From: Acanthaster planci
Taxonomy: Eukaryota
Length of the DNA stretch: 64,000 nucleotides
Direction: 5' to 3'
NCBI RefSeq assembly: GCF_001949145.1
Contig: NW_019091360.1
Coordinates: 4,234,159 to 4,298,158 of the forward strand
Positions 46,974 through 59,860 of the stretch are shown here, in pieces. The position numbers were made by a program, and so were the translations under genes. Below the pieces are notes generated by a model. It had not been told where the DNA came from. It made no database searches and was given only the letters and a program-made list of their open reading frames with translations. Numbering within the stretch: position 1 is the stretch's first letter; every line of letters starts with the position of its first letter.

Positions 46974-49900
46974 ATGGAGGACGCACTGGCACGAAGAGGG
47001 GCGATTTATATTCACGCCAGCGACATTCAGAATACACTAGATTCTGGTAAAACACTGGACGAACAAACCAACCAGCGTCGCGTAGGGCAGAGAGATGGCT
47101 TTGAAGACATACCAGAAGATCAAGAAGCACCAAAGACGAGTAGTCGGCCAACACTGCCCAATGCCCGGCTCAGAAGAAGACACGCTGAGCCAAAAGATGA
47201 TCCACCGTTTGATAGGCAAACACGAAGTGCCACACCTGCTAAATCAGATGAAACTAAACCGACAGCTCACGCACACAGGAGACGAAGCATCAGTTTGCAG
47301 GTAAGTTACAAGTTAGTATTAATCGATTAATTTAAATTTGATTAGAATTAAACACGAGTTTTAAGAATAATCACGGCAAGGGATAAATCTCTAGCGTCTA
47401 GGCTTTTTTTTATTACAACAGGGACGTAGGCCAAGTACAGTGCCAGAGTTTTCCACCAATATCCCCCAGGACAGACGAATGAGTGTTCGGCGAAATAGTA
47501 CTCTGCCTGCCCCTCCCACGCAAGCGTTCGTCTCATCAATGCAACATACTCGTCGTGCTAGTACGGTGCCAAAGACACATGAACCCGATCCCGCCCTCAC
47601 CGACGATCAAAAAGCAGGTTGGCATCTTACTGTCTTCGTTGAATATAATTTTCTTTACTTTGATTTAAAGGGTTTTTAAAAAAATGGTTAAGTTAATCAG
47701 TACTCCCTCTATACAAAAGCTGCCTTTTCCTTCAACAATTCTGATTCATGGTGTTTCTCCTTTTGGTAGCTTTCAAGGAAGCATTTGACCTGTTTGACAG
47801 GAATGGTGGCGGTACCATTGATGCTGATGAGTTATCTGAAGCACTGAATTCTGTGGATATTCATCTTTCCTCGGATGAGATTAAGGAGGTTTTACAGGCA
47901 ATCGACAAGGATGGTAAATTTATACGCTTCTTTGACAATTGTTAATTAACGAAGAACGCAATTTGACTTCCAGAAGGGAAAAATTTTAATTAAGTAAGAT
48001 GAAAAAGCCTCAGGGAACTTCGCAGAGCTCAAGTATAGGAGAGTAGTTGGAACTGCACGACCTCTGCCGTGCTGAGAGTTGAACCCGTTTTGATGGGTTT
48101 AGTGAGGGAGGACTGGCAATGTACCGGTACACAACGTGCGTGACACAGAATGTTAAACGCAGCAGTCAAAGTTTAGAATTGGGTTGTCTTACTACCCATT
48201 GCTTCATTAGCTTGACAAAAGAAGAAAAAAGAGTGATGTCTGTTTGTTATACTTCAAACCCTTGAAATAAGTTTGAAGCTTTTTCTCTTTTCATCGCTTT
48301 TGGTTCTCAGGGAGTGGTGAAATTGACTTTGACGAATTCTTGAATATAATGACCAATACGGAAAAGTTTCTGGAAATGTTTGGTAAGTGTCATTAGTATT
48401 AAGGGTGATTTGTATTGGAGTCGGGGGAAACATAACAAAATTCCAATTAAGACTAGATGAAAACAGTTATTGAACATTTCTGCGTTTGTGCCACGGTATG
48501 TGTTGGGGGAATTCGAGATTGTAATTAAATGAAAATTGATAATTTTGGATGATATGAAATGACTTTAAATAAGACGACAATTTTGTCTTTATGAAACACA
48601 CTATTAAACTCGTGTGTGAATGTTGTTACTTATCCTTTTCATGACCTTTAGCCTCTAGGCATGAAGGTGAAGGTCCTCGTAAGATCCCAGCAGCAGGAAG
48701 AGGGCACATTCTCTTTGACGCATTGACACAATTCATGAAATCCTCTGCTCTCAAAGCGATGGATGAAATTGTCGGGTCTGTTAAACATTTTGACTATCTG
48801 TCATTCTCTTATTTTGAAACATTGCAATTTCTGTCAACGTTTCGTGCATACTGTAGCGTTAGCAATCGTCTAACATACTTTAAAGACTGCATTGCTGTGA
48901 CCTTGATGGTGTGAAAGTTGATTCAGTCTTTCTGTTAGTGGTGTTTGTCGAGGAAAGGGTAATTTGAATTAAATAAATGTTTGTAGGTATTACAAAAGCA
49001 AGTACCGTCGTGCGAACGCTCCCCATGTGGTCATGCACTATGCGGCCGGGGCCAGACTCATCGGTTTGACTGAGAAGCAATTGGCTAGACATCTGGAGAA
49101 ACTGCAAGCCAGTAACAAAGGTCATTAAAAACTGGAATTTATGTTTGTTTTAGATGTCTTGTTTCAGAAGTACTCGATTTGTGTTTTTTTAGACTACCGT
49201 TGTTTTCAAATTGAGTTTTTCAGATCAACTAATTTTCAAAACAATTTGCGATAAGAGTGGTCACGTTGTATTGAATTCAGCGGCCTTTTTTTAATGAAAA
49301 GAAATGATTTACAATTTCACAAAACTCAGGGAAAGATTTGAAGAGCCCATACGCGCAACCTCTTCGTATCTTTTTGACTGGAGCACCTGCCAGAACTACT
49401 AAGAAAGAACCAGCAGTCCATCCTGATAAGGAGCGTCGACGATGCACCGGCAAAATAAGATTAACTGTGCATCTACCGCCCTCTACTGACGCCATTTCGT
49501 TGAAAACAGACGGCAATGAAGGCCAAAGCAAGGTATGATGGTTGGCACCATTTCAGAAAACAACCCTGTAACCAAGCAACAAAATGTAATGGTAAAATGT
49601 ATTGATTTTGACAGACCTGGTTTTTGTTTAGTAGAAGAATAAGTGAAAATGAGAGATAGGATGGTGGATGCCTGCTGTAGTTGATTTCATGCACAGAATT
49701 AATCTTTCATTTCGAAGCGCCTTTACTTGACGGTCAAAAGGCCCACTTTTAAACGACAATCGAGTGCTTAGCTGCCACAGTGATGCCTGAAAGTCCCCTT
49801 ACCAAAAAAAAAAAAATACAGTGGATTTTTATGATTCATTCACTTTTTCATTTTTTTGGTGTACTTTGCAAAAGGCCAGAAAAAACTTCCACAACTTTTT

Positions 49901-51500
49901 TCAAGTTGTGTTGTAGTTGATGTGTTTACCTGACCTATCACGGCAAAGATTATGAATTGAGTTAGAGATTAAAAATGAGCATTTATTTTTGTCTCTGTGG
50001 AAAAAAAACCAATAAAATGAGTATGGATGCCAAAATGGAGATATGATGGCAAGATTTGTGTGCAACATTTGCATGCCCATATCTAGGCCCCTATAGGTGT
50101 GAGAGATAGTGGACAGACTTATTTGGACAAGCAGCGGAGATTGATGCCTTATTGTACTAATGGTGTAATTTGAGTAAGTATAGCCTCAAAGTGTCCGGAC
50201 AGTGAACTTCCTAGAGCAATCAGCCATGAGTGTAGCTTTGCAATTGCTATCAGATTACTGGACCACACTTGGAAGGTTACGATGGTAGTGTTTAGACAAG
50301 TGAAGTAGTTCGTGGTGTTGTTCTTGTTATGTCTTCTGTCTTCAGGGTTCTTTATACAAGCCTCTGCTTATTCAACAGCCTTATGCTCTGTTCTTTCCTC
50401 GTCTGTACTTGGACAAATGTTCTTTATGTTATCATGAGTTCTAATCTTTTTTTTCATTAGGTATCTGAAAAAAGTTATTTACATCCACTTTGCAAATTTT
50501 AGTGTCCCACGTTTCTTTAATTTCTGATGTATTTTCTTATAAGCTTATCCATTTTGTCAATTTCTGTGTACCCAGTTCCCTTAAATAGCAACGTAGTTTT
50601 TTTTAAAGAGTATGGAATAAAGGTCTTATTGAATGAAACTGAATTAAATATGTTGTTTACGTTATCCATTGTTGATTTTACGTACTGTAAAAATAATTCA
50701 AATGTAAATCAATGTTGATAATCACCCTTGTCCAGGTCGTGCGTAATTCTAAGAATACCAACATGCACATGAAGCCTGTCTTCCAGCCCCGTCTCGGTTG
50801 GGTCAAACCTCACGTGAAGAGTATTGCCGCCAGGCTACCTCAGAGAAAATCAGTTCTCACTATGGAAGACCTTGCATCCATCAGGAAACGGGTAAAGATA
50901 GGAGCAGATGGTTGTGGCAAATTGAGAATGCCCGATTCGCTGAGTACAGACAATTATGTTTCACTGATTATTATGTTGTGTTTGGATAAAAATGGTAGCC
51001 CCTGACACGGACTTTCACAGTGTTTATTTTTCATCGAATCATACTGAAATCATGTGAACCTTGTTTGGATTTTTACTTTTATGTTTTAACATCACTGCAT
51101 AGAAATCGTCACCGAGCCCCCCCCAAAATTGTATTGTCGTTTGGTGCATATCTTTTGATAAAAGAAAGCGCTAGTTACTGAAATAAACCGTACCCTTCTG
51201 TTTCTCATTATGGTAATGCATTTGATGCATTTGTTCCGAAGTTATTGTCATCTCTTCCTCCATTTTCTCGAAGTGATTTGCACTTACTCAGGCTTATTGT
51301 GATTGCTTTGTTTACTCTCCCATTATCAGATAACAGACGCTACGAGAGATCACTACCACGATTTAGCGAAGAGCCGAGCGGTCGAGAACCAGCGATACTG
51401 GCGCTCACTTCAGCCACAATTCATCCCATCAAAGACGCTACGAAGTAACTTCAGGAAAGTGTTCTGTGCATACATTGCTGCAGGACAGCGAAAAATTTAA
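46974..51500 (+). CDS. EF-hand calcium-binding protein, EFCAB3/SPATA21-like, 9 coding exons, ~508 aa
   Basis: Exons 46974-47300, 47422-47617, 47770-47913, 48311-48382, 48652-48775, 48987-49120, 49330-49532, 50736-50891, 51330-51500 (1527 nt, in frame). Calmodulin-like pair AFKEAFDLFDRNGGGTIDADEL...IDKDGSGEIDFDEFLNIM. The following LFDALTQFM...EIVGYY...AAGARLIGLTEKQL...LKSPYAQP and C-terminal LTMEDLASIRKR...FRKVFCAY recall EFCAB3/SPATA21. A possible upstream UTR exon ends near donor 44018. Confidence 0.85.
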
Positions 51501-52734
51501 ATACATGAAGGAAAGGGAAGTTTCTTAGCTACACAGTCTTTCAACATGTGTAATGAAAATATTTAATTTTCTGACCTTGTATTCATAGCAACATCGTGTA
51601 TGCATACGCCTTGAAGCTGCGAGGTTTATACTCGAGTTAAGTTAATTTGATCCCCGTAAAGTGTAATTACTAAGCAAACTAACTGGGTAGTTCTTGAAAC
51701 ATTTTTTACCGGGCAAGCTTACGGAGTCTGGAGTCAACATTTCAAAGTGGTAAAAAAATTAAAATTCAAGACCTACGCGTCTTTCGTGTTTTTGAGCTAC
51801 AGTTGGACAAAAACCAGGCTTGCATGTTGAACAACCGTTTCTTATAAAATTGATATCAATTGATTTACACGATGTAATGGAATTTAAATGCATTGCAGTT
51901 ATTGGATGAATAAGACGAATTTCAGAAGCGAAGGCTTTTCCGACAACCAAATCCAACGAGTGTGAAACTGATAGGCCTAACTGCAATTAAACGAATTTTT
52001 TGTTAACATTTTGATTTTCCTTCATGTGTGTATTGTGTCACTGCGCTCCTAGATCCTGTGATATCCACTCATTCTGTGCAACCCTGACAACCCCCATCTC
52101 CACTCAGTCATCACCATCTCACTGTACAGGCATATATAGATGATGTGTCAAGTGGAAACTCGACAGATATTTTGAAACTGAAATGAGTGTGACAGTCTTT
52201 TCTCCCCTTGTGTTACTTGACATCTCTCGTGATACCATTCATCAGATTATTTACCGAGCCTTTTCAAAACATTGAGTTGAATTACGCCGTTAATTATTCG
52301 CGCTGTCTTGAATAATGACGGTAATTCGTTCATTTTTGTCGTCTTTTTTCCTCTTTTAGCCACAACAAAGAGCCATGATTAGGATGAGGGAGATTCATAA
52401 AGTCTGTCGTGTTTTTTACTGCGCTACGGAATTTCATTCCCCTTTACATAATGCAAGCCTATGCGGCTGTAAAACCAGCAATTTCATGATAATAATTTGA
52501 CTATCTCTAAAGTACTGACTAAAGTCATTACTGTTATTACGAGTGACAGTCAAAGTGGGTCTACATAGACTGTGAACCAGGCAGTAAAAATATAGTCTTT
52601 ACATCGTAATTACTAGTCCAATAGGAAGATGCGCATCTGTACATAGTTCCTAATTGCTACTGCTTAAAGTCAAATGAATTATATATTAGCATGTATTCAG
52701 AAGCAAGCAGCCACACAGCGAGGTGTGGAGGCTT

Positions 52735-52748
52735 GTTGCTATAGCAAC
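52735..52748. promoter_or_regulatory. Perfect RFX X-box GTTGCTATAGCAAC upstream of WDR86
   Basis: 14-bp palindrome matching the X-box consensus GTNRCNRTRGYAAC, ~1.35 kb upstream of ATG 54103. Confidence 0.55.
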
Positions 52749-54102
52749 ATGTCAACGATGATATTGATCCGTGTGTCTGCGTGTTGTTGGGCAGTGTGGT
52801 GGCCTGTATTCAAAACGCTATCGAATTTTCCTTTGTGACGTGTCACTACAGACCCCAGCATGTTTCGTCCTTAGATTAAATTGTAGAATATAGCTCGATT
52901 ATTCTTACATGGAAAATTGATTGTCAACAGTAAATTAGCTGCGTTAATGAATGTAGGCCTACATGCCATACCTGAAATGATCGTAAGAGAGTTACAAGAA
53001 CTGTAACAGGTCATATTCTAAGGTAATGCATTTTTCTTTTTTGCAATTTTCATCAGTGAATATCCCTAGGGCACTGATTTTCATAATAATCCCAGTCCAC
53101 CAAGAAGCCCTCGTTAATTAAATGTAGTCGTGAAGATGTTTAGCAACAGGCACAATATCTTTTCCATGTGAAGATAATTTACAGGGGGCAAACGAAGTGT
53201 TGCCATGGGGCACTTTATACTTACAGCTATTTGCTGAAATCTTTTCATCTCCCCAGGATTCGTACCACCAATCATTTCGCAAACAATGACATGCAAGTGT
53301 TTGTTGCACGCATTGCGGTGAACCTCTTCAAGCAAACATAACCGCCTCAGTACCTGTCGATAGAGGAAATGCCTACTTTCAGTAGTCCTTTGCATTTTTC
53401 TAAAGGCCGTGTGAACGAAACGGTAGGTCTTGTGACTCGGAAGCCCGAATTGGCATACATGTAAATGTCTGTTTTAAAATAATAATAAAAAACTTTTGAT
53501 CATGTGTCAGTCATGTATACGGTCATTATATGCACTTGGTGCTTAGTTTTACCGACATGATATAATCATCGGTCTCCATCTGAGTGATTCAGACAAAGCA
53601 ATGCCCTTGTTTTATTGCCAGTTGTACTTGCAGTGGACGCGCGTAATGACACGAGGAAAAAATGGCGATTCGTGCAGACATCGCATGACACAGGCTCCAC
53701 AATGAAGGTTACCAATCAATACTTTCTATGGATCCGTGTACACAGCTGCTGTCTACCAACGAAGGTGACTGTGCCGTACCGTTGTGTAATGACTTGACGT
53801 CACATAGCCCTAATGCAGGTGGTGGAATTGGTTACAGTGGTGGGTTAAGGTTTGGATTGTAAGTGACGGATGAGGAAGATGCAGAAAGCCTTCCAGGGCT
53901 TACAGTCAGATTGAGTTGAACCTGTAAACCACTATGCATTTATACAAACACTCGGTAGACAGTTTAATTTGAAAGAGTGTCTGTGCATCAGCAGTAAAGT
54001 GTTGATGATGATGTAAAACAACCGATGCTCCGGGCTGCCATTGAAATAACTTCAAGTGCATCAAAGTGGTAACGTTCGGCCGCCAAGACGGCGACATACG
54101 GA

Positions 54103-57100
54103 ATGGGTAGCGGCTCCTCCAAAAAAGCCAAGCAACTGGAGGAAGAAGAGAGAGAATTTAAGAAGAGGAACATGCAAAAGGATAAACTAAACGACGAAGG
54201 TGACGAGGAGGTTGGTGAAGATGGGAAGAGGAGAAAGAAGAAACCTAAAGATGATGAGTACCTCATTCAAACCTTTGCAGGTCACAAAGGGGGAATAAAC
54301 TGTATGAGTATAAACGAAGATGGAAATATGTTTGTTACTGGTGGTGAAGACAAAACTGCTATTATGTGGAACTTGAACACTTTTGAACGGGTCCATACGT
54401 TGAAAGGACATAAGAGTTACATCACCTGCGTCCAACTTCTGGATGAATTCTGCTACACCGGCTCATCAGACAAGGCCGTACGGAAATGGAATGCCAAGAC
54501 TGGTAAGTGTGAGTTAGTAATCGAAGGTCATGCTGCTCCCATCAATAGACTTATCTGTACTGGCGATTTTCTCTTCACAAGTTCCTACGATCGCACTGCT
54601 ATGTGTTGGGACCCAGACGACGGTGAACTTCTGCATATATTCCGTGGTCATCGTCGTGGAGTTACTCCTCTCATGTACATTCCAGCCGAAGATGCTCTCA
54701 AGGATGACGTGATTGACATCGATAGTAACCGAGACATCTTAGTGACGGGCAGTGCTGATGGAACAGCTATGTCCTGGAACATGGACTCCGGTGATAGCTT
54801 AGTAACTTTCAAGGGACACAAAGGTGGAATTCTGTGCCTGGCTGCTGATTCAACCGGTAGTGTCTTATTTACTGGGAGTGCAGACTGTACAGTCAAGAGC
54901 TGGAATATCAACACTGGTGAAATTTTCAAGACGTTTGAAGGACACCAAAGTGCTGTCGTTTGCCTCCAGGTAATTGATGTTTTGTTTTCCCACCGGGCTA
55001 GGCCATTTCCTCATATAAAGTCACAGTTTAGGGTGACTTTCTTTTTATTTCCTGATTCTCAATCTTACCAAATCGATGAGTGGAGAAAATTGATGCATCA
55101 ATGCATCAGTGTCTGTAAATGCTTGGTGAAAGATGTCAAGTTGCTTCCCTGTTAGGCCCATACCGTTAAATCTTAAATTAAGGAATTCATCCCACACGGA
55201 ATGCTCAGTGAGAACGCTTTCATTTCCGGCGGAGGTGATTATAAGGTCTTCACGCATCGAATCTTACTCCACTAGTATGGGATAAATCCTTGTCAAAGAC
55301 TTGCCGAAAATTGTCTCTTGGCAACAATTTTCATGTTCTAGAATAGGGGATGGGTCGTACTTCTTGCAACTGAAATGACTGGAAATGCTTTGCACTAACT
55401 TGGCACTTTACGTACTAATTGTTTTCGCATACGTTGCTAAGATACCGATGATCCTAGTGTCTTTTCCCTCTGATAAACAGTGGAAAATAAATCCATGATG
55501 TTATGAAAATAATATTTGGATATCCGTAATTGATCTTAGGCAGAGTTGAAACTAAATAAACTGGATAAAATGTCCAGGTCATTTCTCGTCAAATTCAAGG
55601 GATAAATAGTTACATTGAACACATTACGTTTATTTCAAAAGACTTCGTTAAAGTCTCTTATCTTTTGCCGTATATTACAGGCAGTATTCCGACTTGTTCA
55701 TTATGCACGTGTGTAATAAACGATGTTGATGAATCTGGATATACCTTAATGATTAGTTGCAAATATTTCTAGGGGAAAAAGGCCAAATCTTTCAGAGGGG
55801 AAAAGTTCAAATTGTTCTCAATTGAGGATACACCGAATGGATGGAATAATGTTCAAAAATATGATTCTTCTGTTCATTTCTTTTTACCCTCATTTGTACC
55901 GAAAGCAAGAACTGCATACTTACCATACACTGCCATCTCTTCGCATTTCATTTATAGTTAATATTAACTTTCCGTCATGAAAACTTCAGATATCGGATTG
56001 AATTGGATTTATTCGGTATTACCTCACAGCAAAAATACAGCAACAAATAATTGAAATTACAGAAAATATCATGAACAAGATTTGCACAATATACACAAAA
56101 ATTAGGATATACCAGGGATAGCCCATCGGGTAATACCAGGGATAGCCCACCAGGTATTACCAGGGATAGCCCATCGGGTAAGACCAGGGATAGTCCATCA
56201 GGTTATACCAGGGATAGCCCATCAGGTAATACCAGGGATAGTCCATCAGGTAATACCAGGGATAGCCCATCGGGTAAGACCAGGGATAGCCCATCGGGTA
56301 AGACCAGGTATAGTCCATCGGGTAAGACCAGGTATAGTCCATCAGGTAATACCAGGGATAGCCCATCAGGTAATACCAGGGATAGCCCATCAGGTAATAC
56401 CAGGGATAGTCCATCAGGTAATACCAGGGATAGCCCATCAGGTAATACCAAGGATAGCCCATGAGAGTATTGCAACTTATTTCCAATGGGGTCCCCCTAT
56501 TTATATCTCGATACATATATTCTTGAAGCTTATCGTCTGATTCATCATGTCCAGCTAGCATAACCGGGGAGTCACGGCTTGTCCCCAGTTGAGGTACTGT
56601 CGTTGATGCCTGTTGCCCTGGAAAATTTGACATTTATTAACATCCTGGATACAAACCATAATTTGGTTTTGGTGCTGCCGTAAAAAAATGTGTTCGCCCC
56701 TTGGGTGCGCCCTGAGAAATCTAGCCAGTAGTTACGTTGTGACCACGTCAGTATCTGTGTTTCTTGTTTGTATTTATTTATTTATTCTTTCATTTTGGTC
56801 GCTTTAAATGGTGAATCATATACATTAGTTTTGGACATCATCCTTCTCGTTTAAAATGTTTACTTCATGGGATATAGGAAAGTGTATTCGTGTTTATGTC
56901 ATAGAAAAAAATCCATAATTACCTGTGGAAAGTCATTCGCATCAGCCATCATTCTGAACAACTGGAATGTTCAAACTTCGTTCACCAGAAAAGATAGGGC
57001 ATTGTTACAAGAAAGTCGATAACCCCGGTGTTCACTTCTGCAGACTCAAATTAGGTCTAAATGAAATGATGCGTAACTTTACAGCGTAGCAAATGAGCAT

Positions 57101-59860
57101 GGTGGCAATATCCGTATTGATTAAGACTCTTAATGTGGAAATTTGTAGCGGAGCCGCCCCCGTTGTGGACACCATGTAGCTTAGGGAACAATTTTTTCAA
57201 ATCAATAAATATAGTAGCAGCCATTTGATATCAAGCAAGCGAATAAATCTTGTGTGGTGGTTTAAGTGGGTCTACAGGATGTCTGAATCAATCGGAAAAA
57301 CAAACCATAAAATCCGACAATAACTTTGCTCGCGCAACATAAAGATGCCAGATCGAGGTCGTATACCTGCCAGTTGGAAGGGGAGCTTTGTTTACCATGA
57401 TAAAGTGGATCTGTCTATAAAAAGTTGACAATTCATCAAAATAGAGAAACTTGGATGTTTAGCCCAAGCATTGGAAAGAGTGCACCTGCGGCCCACGAGG
57501 CCATGGGGCCATGACTTCTGTTTTAGCACCATTATCATGACTTGTGCAATTAAACATCTTGTCCCATTTCGTTCCATATTTTTGGGGTGTTATTGTCTAT
57601 TGGTTTACATGTATTGTGATTTTTTTTTCAGTCTTTGTGTATTGTCTGACTTTTCAAAATTCATTTCCGCAGTCTTTTCTGATCATCCCATTAATTTTAG
57701 AACTGTTTAGAAGCTTTGTATTCGCCTTCAGATAACAAGTCCGAGTAAATCCGTTGACAAAACTGAGCATGATGAAGCGCTTCGCCAATAATTGTGACTT
57801 ACCATTATTATTACATTTGTGTAAATGAGAATGGCAGCCTTTTGCGTCACCATTTACATAGGCAATGAATCAAGATGTTGCTATAGCATTTTACAGAAAA
57901 TAGTTTCATTTTCTAAATCGTTGTACCTTTCTGTTTTTCTCTCTGAAACCTGTGCTTCTTCTAGAAATTTGTGGAAGCTTTCATAGCAATAAAGGAACAA
58001 CTCTTGATAATTGAAGCACGCCGTATGGAGATGAAACACGGCGCTGACAGTACGAAATGAAGGAGAAATTCAAGCTGGCTACTGTTTTTGGTTTTCCGTT
58101 GCTATGGCGACTAGCACAAGCGTCCTCTAATTAATGAATGCGTGTTGGAGCTTTGCATGCGTGTGAGAATGAAACACCTGCGCTATCCGTCGTTATATAT
58201 GTCGTACACTCGATTTCTGCGAGGTCATCTCAGGAAAAGGCATCTATATTTAGGCCCTACAAACATCTGGTCGATCAAGTAATCCGTCCATAAGATAATG
58301 CTTTCATCGAGAAAAAGATAATCTCCGTTAAACTAAGAAACATTTCAAACGAACCTATTTTGATTGTAATCGTTTTATGAAGTAAAATTAAGTAAAAGAC
58401 AATTGTAAATCTCTGTGTGCAAGCTCATTGAATTAACTATCCAGTATCCTGTAAACGAAGATCACCTAGCATTTGTATTAAAACAAGACTTATCCTGTTC
58501 AAACATTGTTTTTGCTCTTTTTCAGGTGATAAACAAATTGATGTATACAGGCAGTTCTGACCAAAGTGCTAAGTGTTGGGTGACGGAATTCGGCGACTGT
58601 ACACGTACTTATCAAGGCCATAAACACACAGTTAGCGCTGTTCGCTTTCGAGATGGATTAGGTATAAATAAAGATGCAGTTATTCCTTTAAAGTGATACT
58701 CGTTGTTATTCTAAATACTGAGTCTCAGGTGGGCCATCTTTTTCAAGAGGAAACGTTCTGAAAGTGCCTTTCATTCTAAGACTGACTACCTGTATTCGTC
58801 TGTTTTCTTCTGCAGTTTACACGGGATGCGGTGATAACCTTGCCAGGGTTTACGATGCCAAGTCAGGGGCATTGAAAAGGACGTTTAAAGGTCACGAATA
58901 TTGTATTAATGCCATCATGGTACGTTGACGCTATCCAACGTTCATTTAACCTACCTGTTAGATTTTGACCTCGTTGCAAAAAGGCTAGCGTTCTGACTCG
59001 ATTATTTTCTGGATTGATGATATATTACTCTTCATTAAGTGCATTATCAGTTTCTGGAAACCAAATTTTAAGATTTGGAAACAAATCAGGAATTGTTTGA
59101 GTTTTTATGATGTTATTCTTATTATGGTCCTGAAAAGTGCTTCTAATCATAGCATGGTAGCAAGAATATTTTAATTTAATTTTCAATTAGCTTTAACGAA
59201 CCCTTTTTGTCCTGAAAATGTCTTGCGTATAGTGTTTGTAAAAATGGAAAAAAAATGTCTGGAGCGGGATTTGAACCTGCCACCTTTGTAATACCGTGCC
59301 AGCACTTCTCCATGCAGCCCGACGTCAGTATTTTTTATCCCAACTGTCACTATTTTTAGCAGTTGTTCGATGGTTCAAATCTCCATTTCTTTGTTAACCT
59401 ACGTTTTGTCTACACTTTGTCAGTTTCCATGTAAAAACAAATAATGTTTTCACGTTATGCATTTTTCCTTTTTCATCAGATATTGCCTCAAAAGATGCTG
59501 ACTGCGTCTCATGATGGATCTGTAAAATTGTGGGATTGCTCTGGCATCAAAGATGAAATCACAAGCTTTGGAGACGAAGAAGAGGAAAAAGAAAGGAAGA
59601 AAAAGGAAAAAGAAGAAAAGAAAAGAGCAAAAGAGCAGAAGAAGAAGGAAAAGAAAGAAAAGGAGAGATTGGAAAAGGAGAAAAAGAAGAAAGTCTCAAA
59701 TCAGAACGACGAGAAGGAGAGTTTGCCTGAGAAGAATGATTTCGAAAAAAGTGAAAAAGATCCGGAAGAGAAGAGAGACAAAGGGAAAGAAGAGGTTGGA
59801 ATAGATGATGAAATCTCCAGAGAAATCGAAATGATTAGTAAAGACATGGATGACTTTTAA
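54103..59860 (+). CDS. WDR86: WD repeat-containing protein 86-like, 4 coding exons, ~495 aa
   Basis: Exons 54103-54969, 58526-58661, 58816-58919, 59480-59860 (1488 nt, in frame). About eight GH...W[DN] repeats with family peptides HKGGINCM, GHKSYIT, FTSSYDRTA, LVTGSADGTA, NKLMYTGSSDQSAKCW, YTGCGDNLARVYDAKSGALKRTFKGH, TASHDGSVKLWD. N-terminus MGSGSS, K/E-rich C-tail. Confidence 0.88.
56109..56462. repeat. Minisatellite, 24-bp unit TAATACCAGGGATAGCCCATCAGG x ~15, in WDR86 intron 1
   Basis: Directly visible. It gives the 8-aa repeat ORFs 56157-56633 and 56203-56475. Confidence 0.95.
59250..59312 (-). mobile_element. tRNA-derived SINE head fragment in WDR86 intron
   Basis: Minus strand ...GGTGGCAGGTTCAAATCCCGCTCCAGAC (B-box) followed by a T-run. 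Confidence 0.5.

Noticed and set aside
860..59860. Operon or trans-spliced cluster because all six genes are on +
   Set aside because: Intergenic gaps are about 0.7 kb to several kb, and the genes show their own promoter motifs and poly(A) signals; co-orientation of six genes can be chance.
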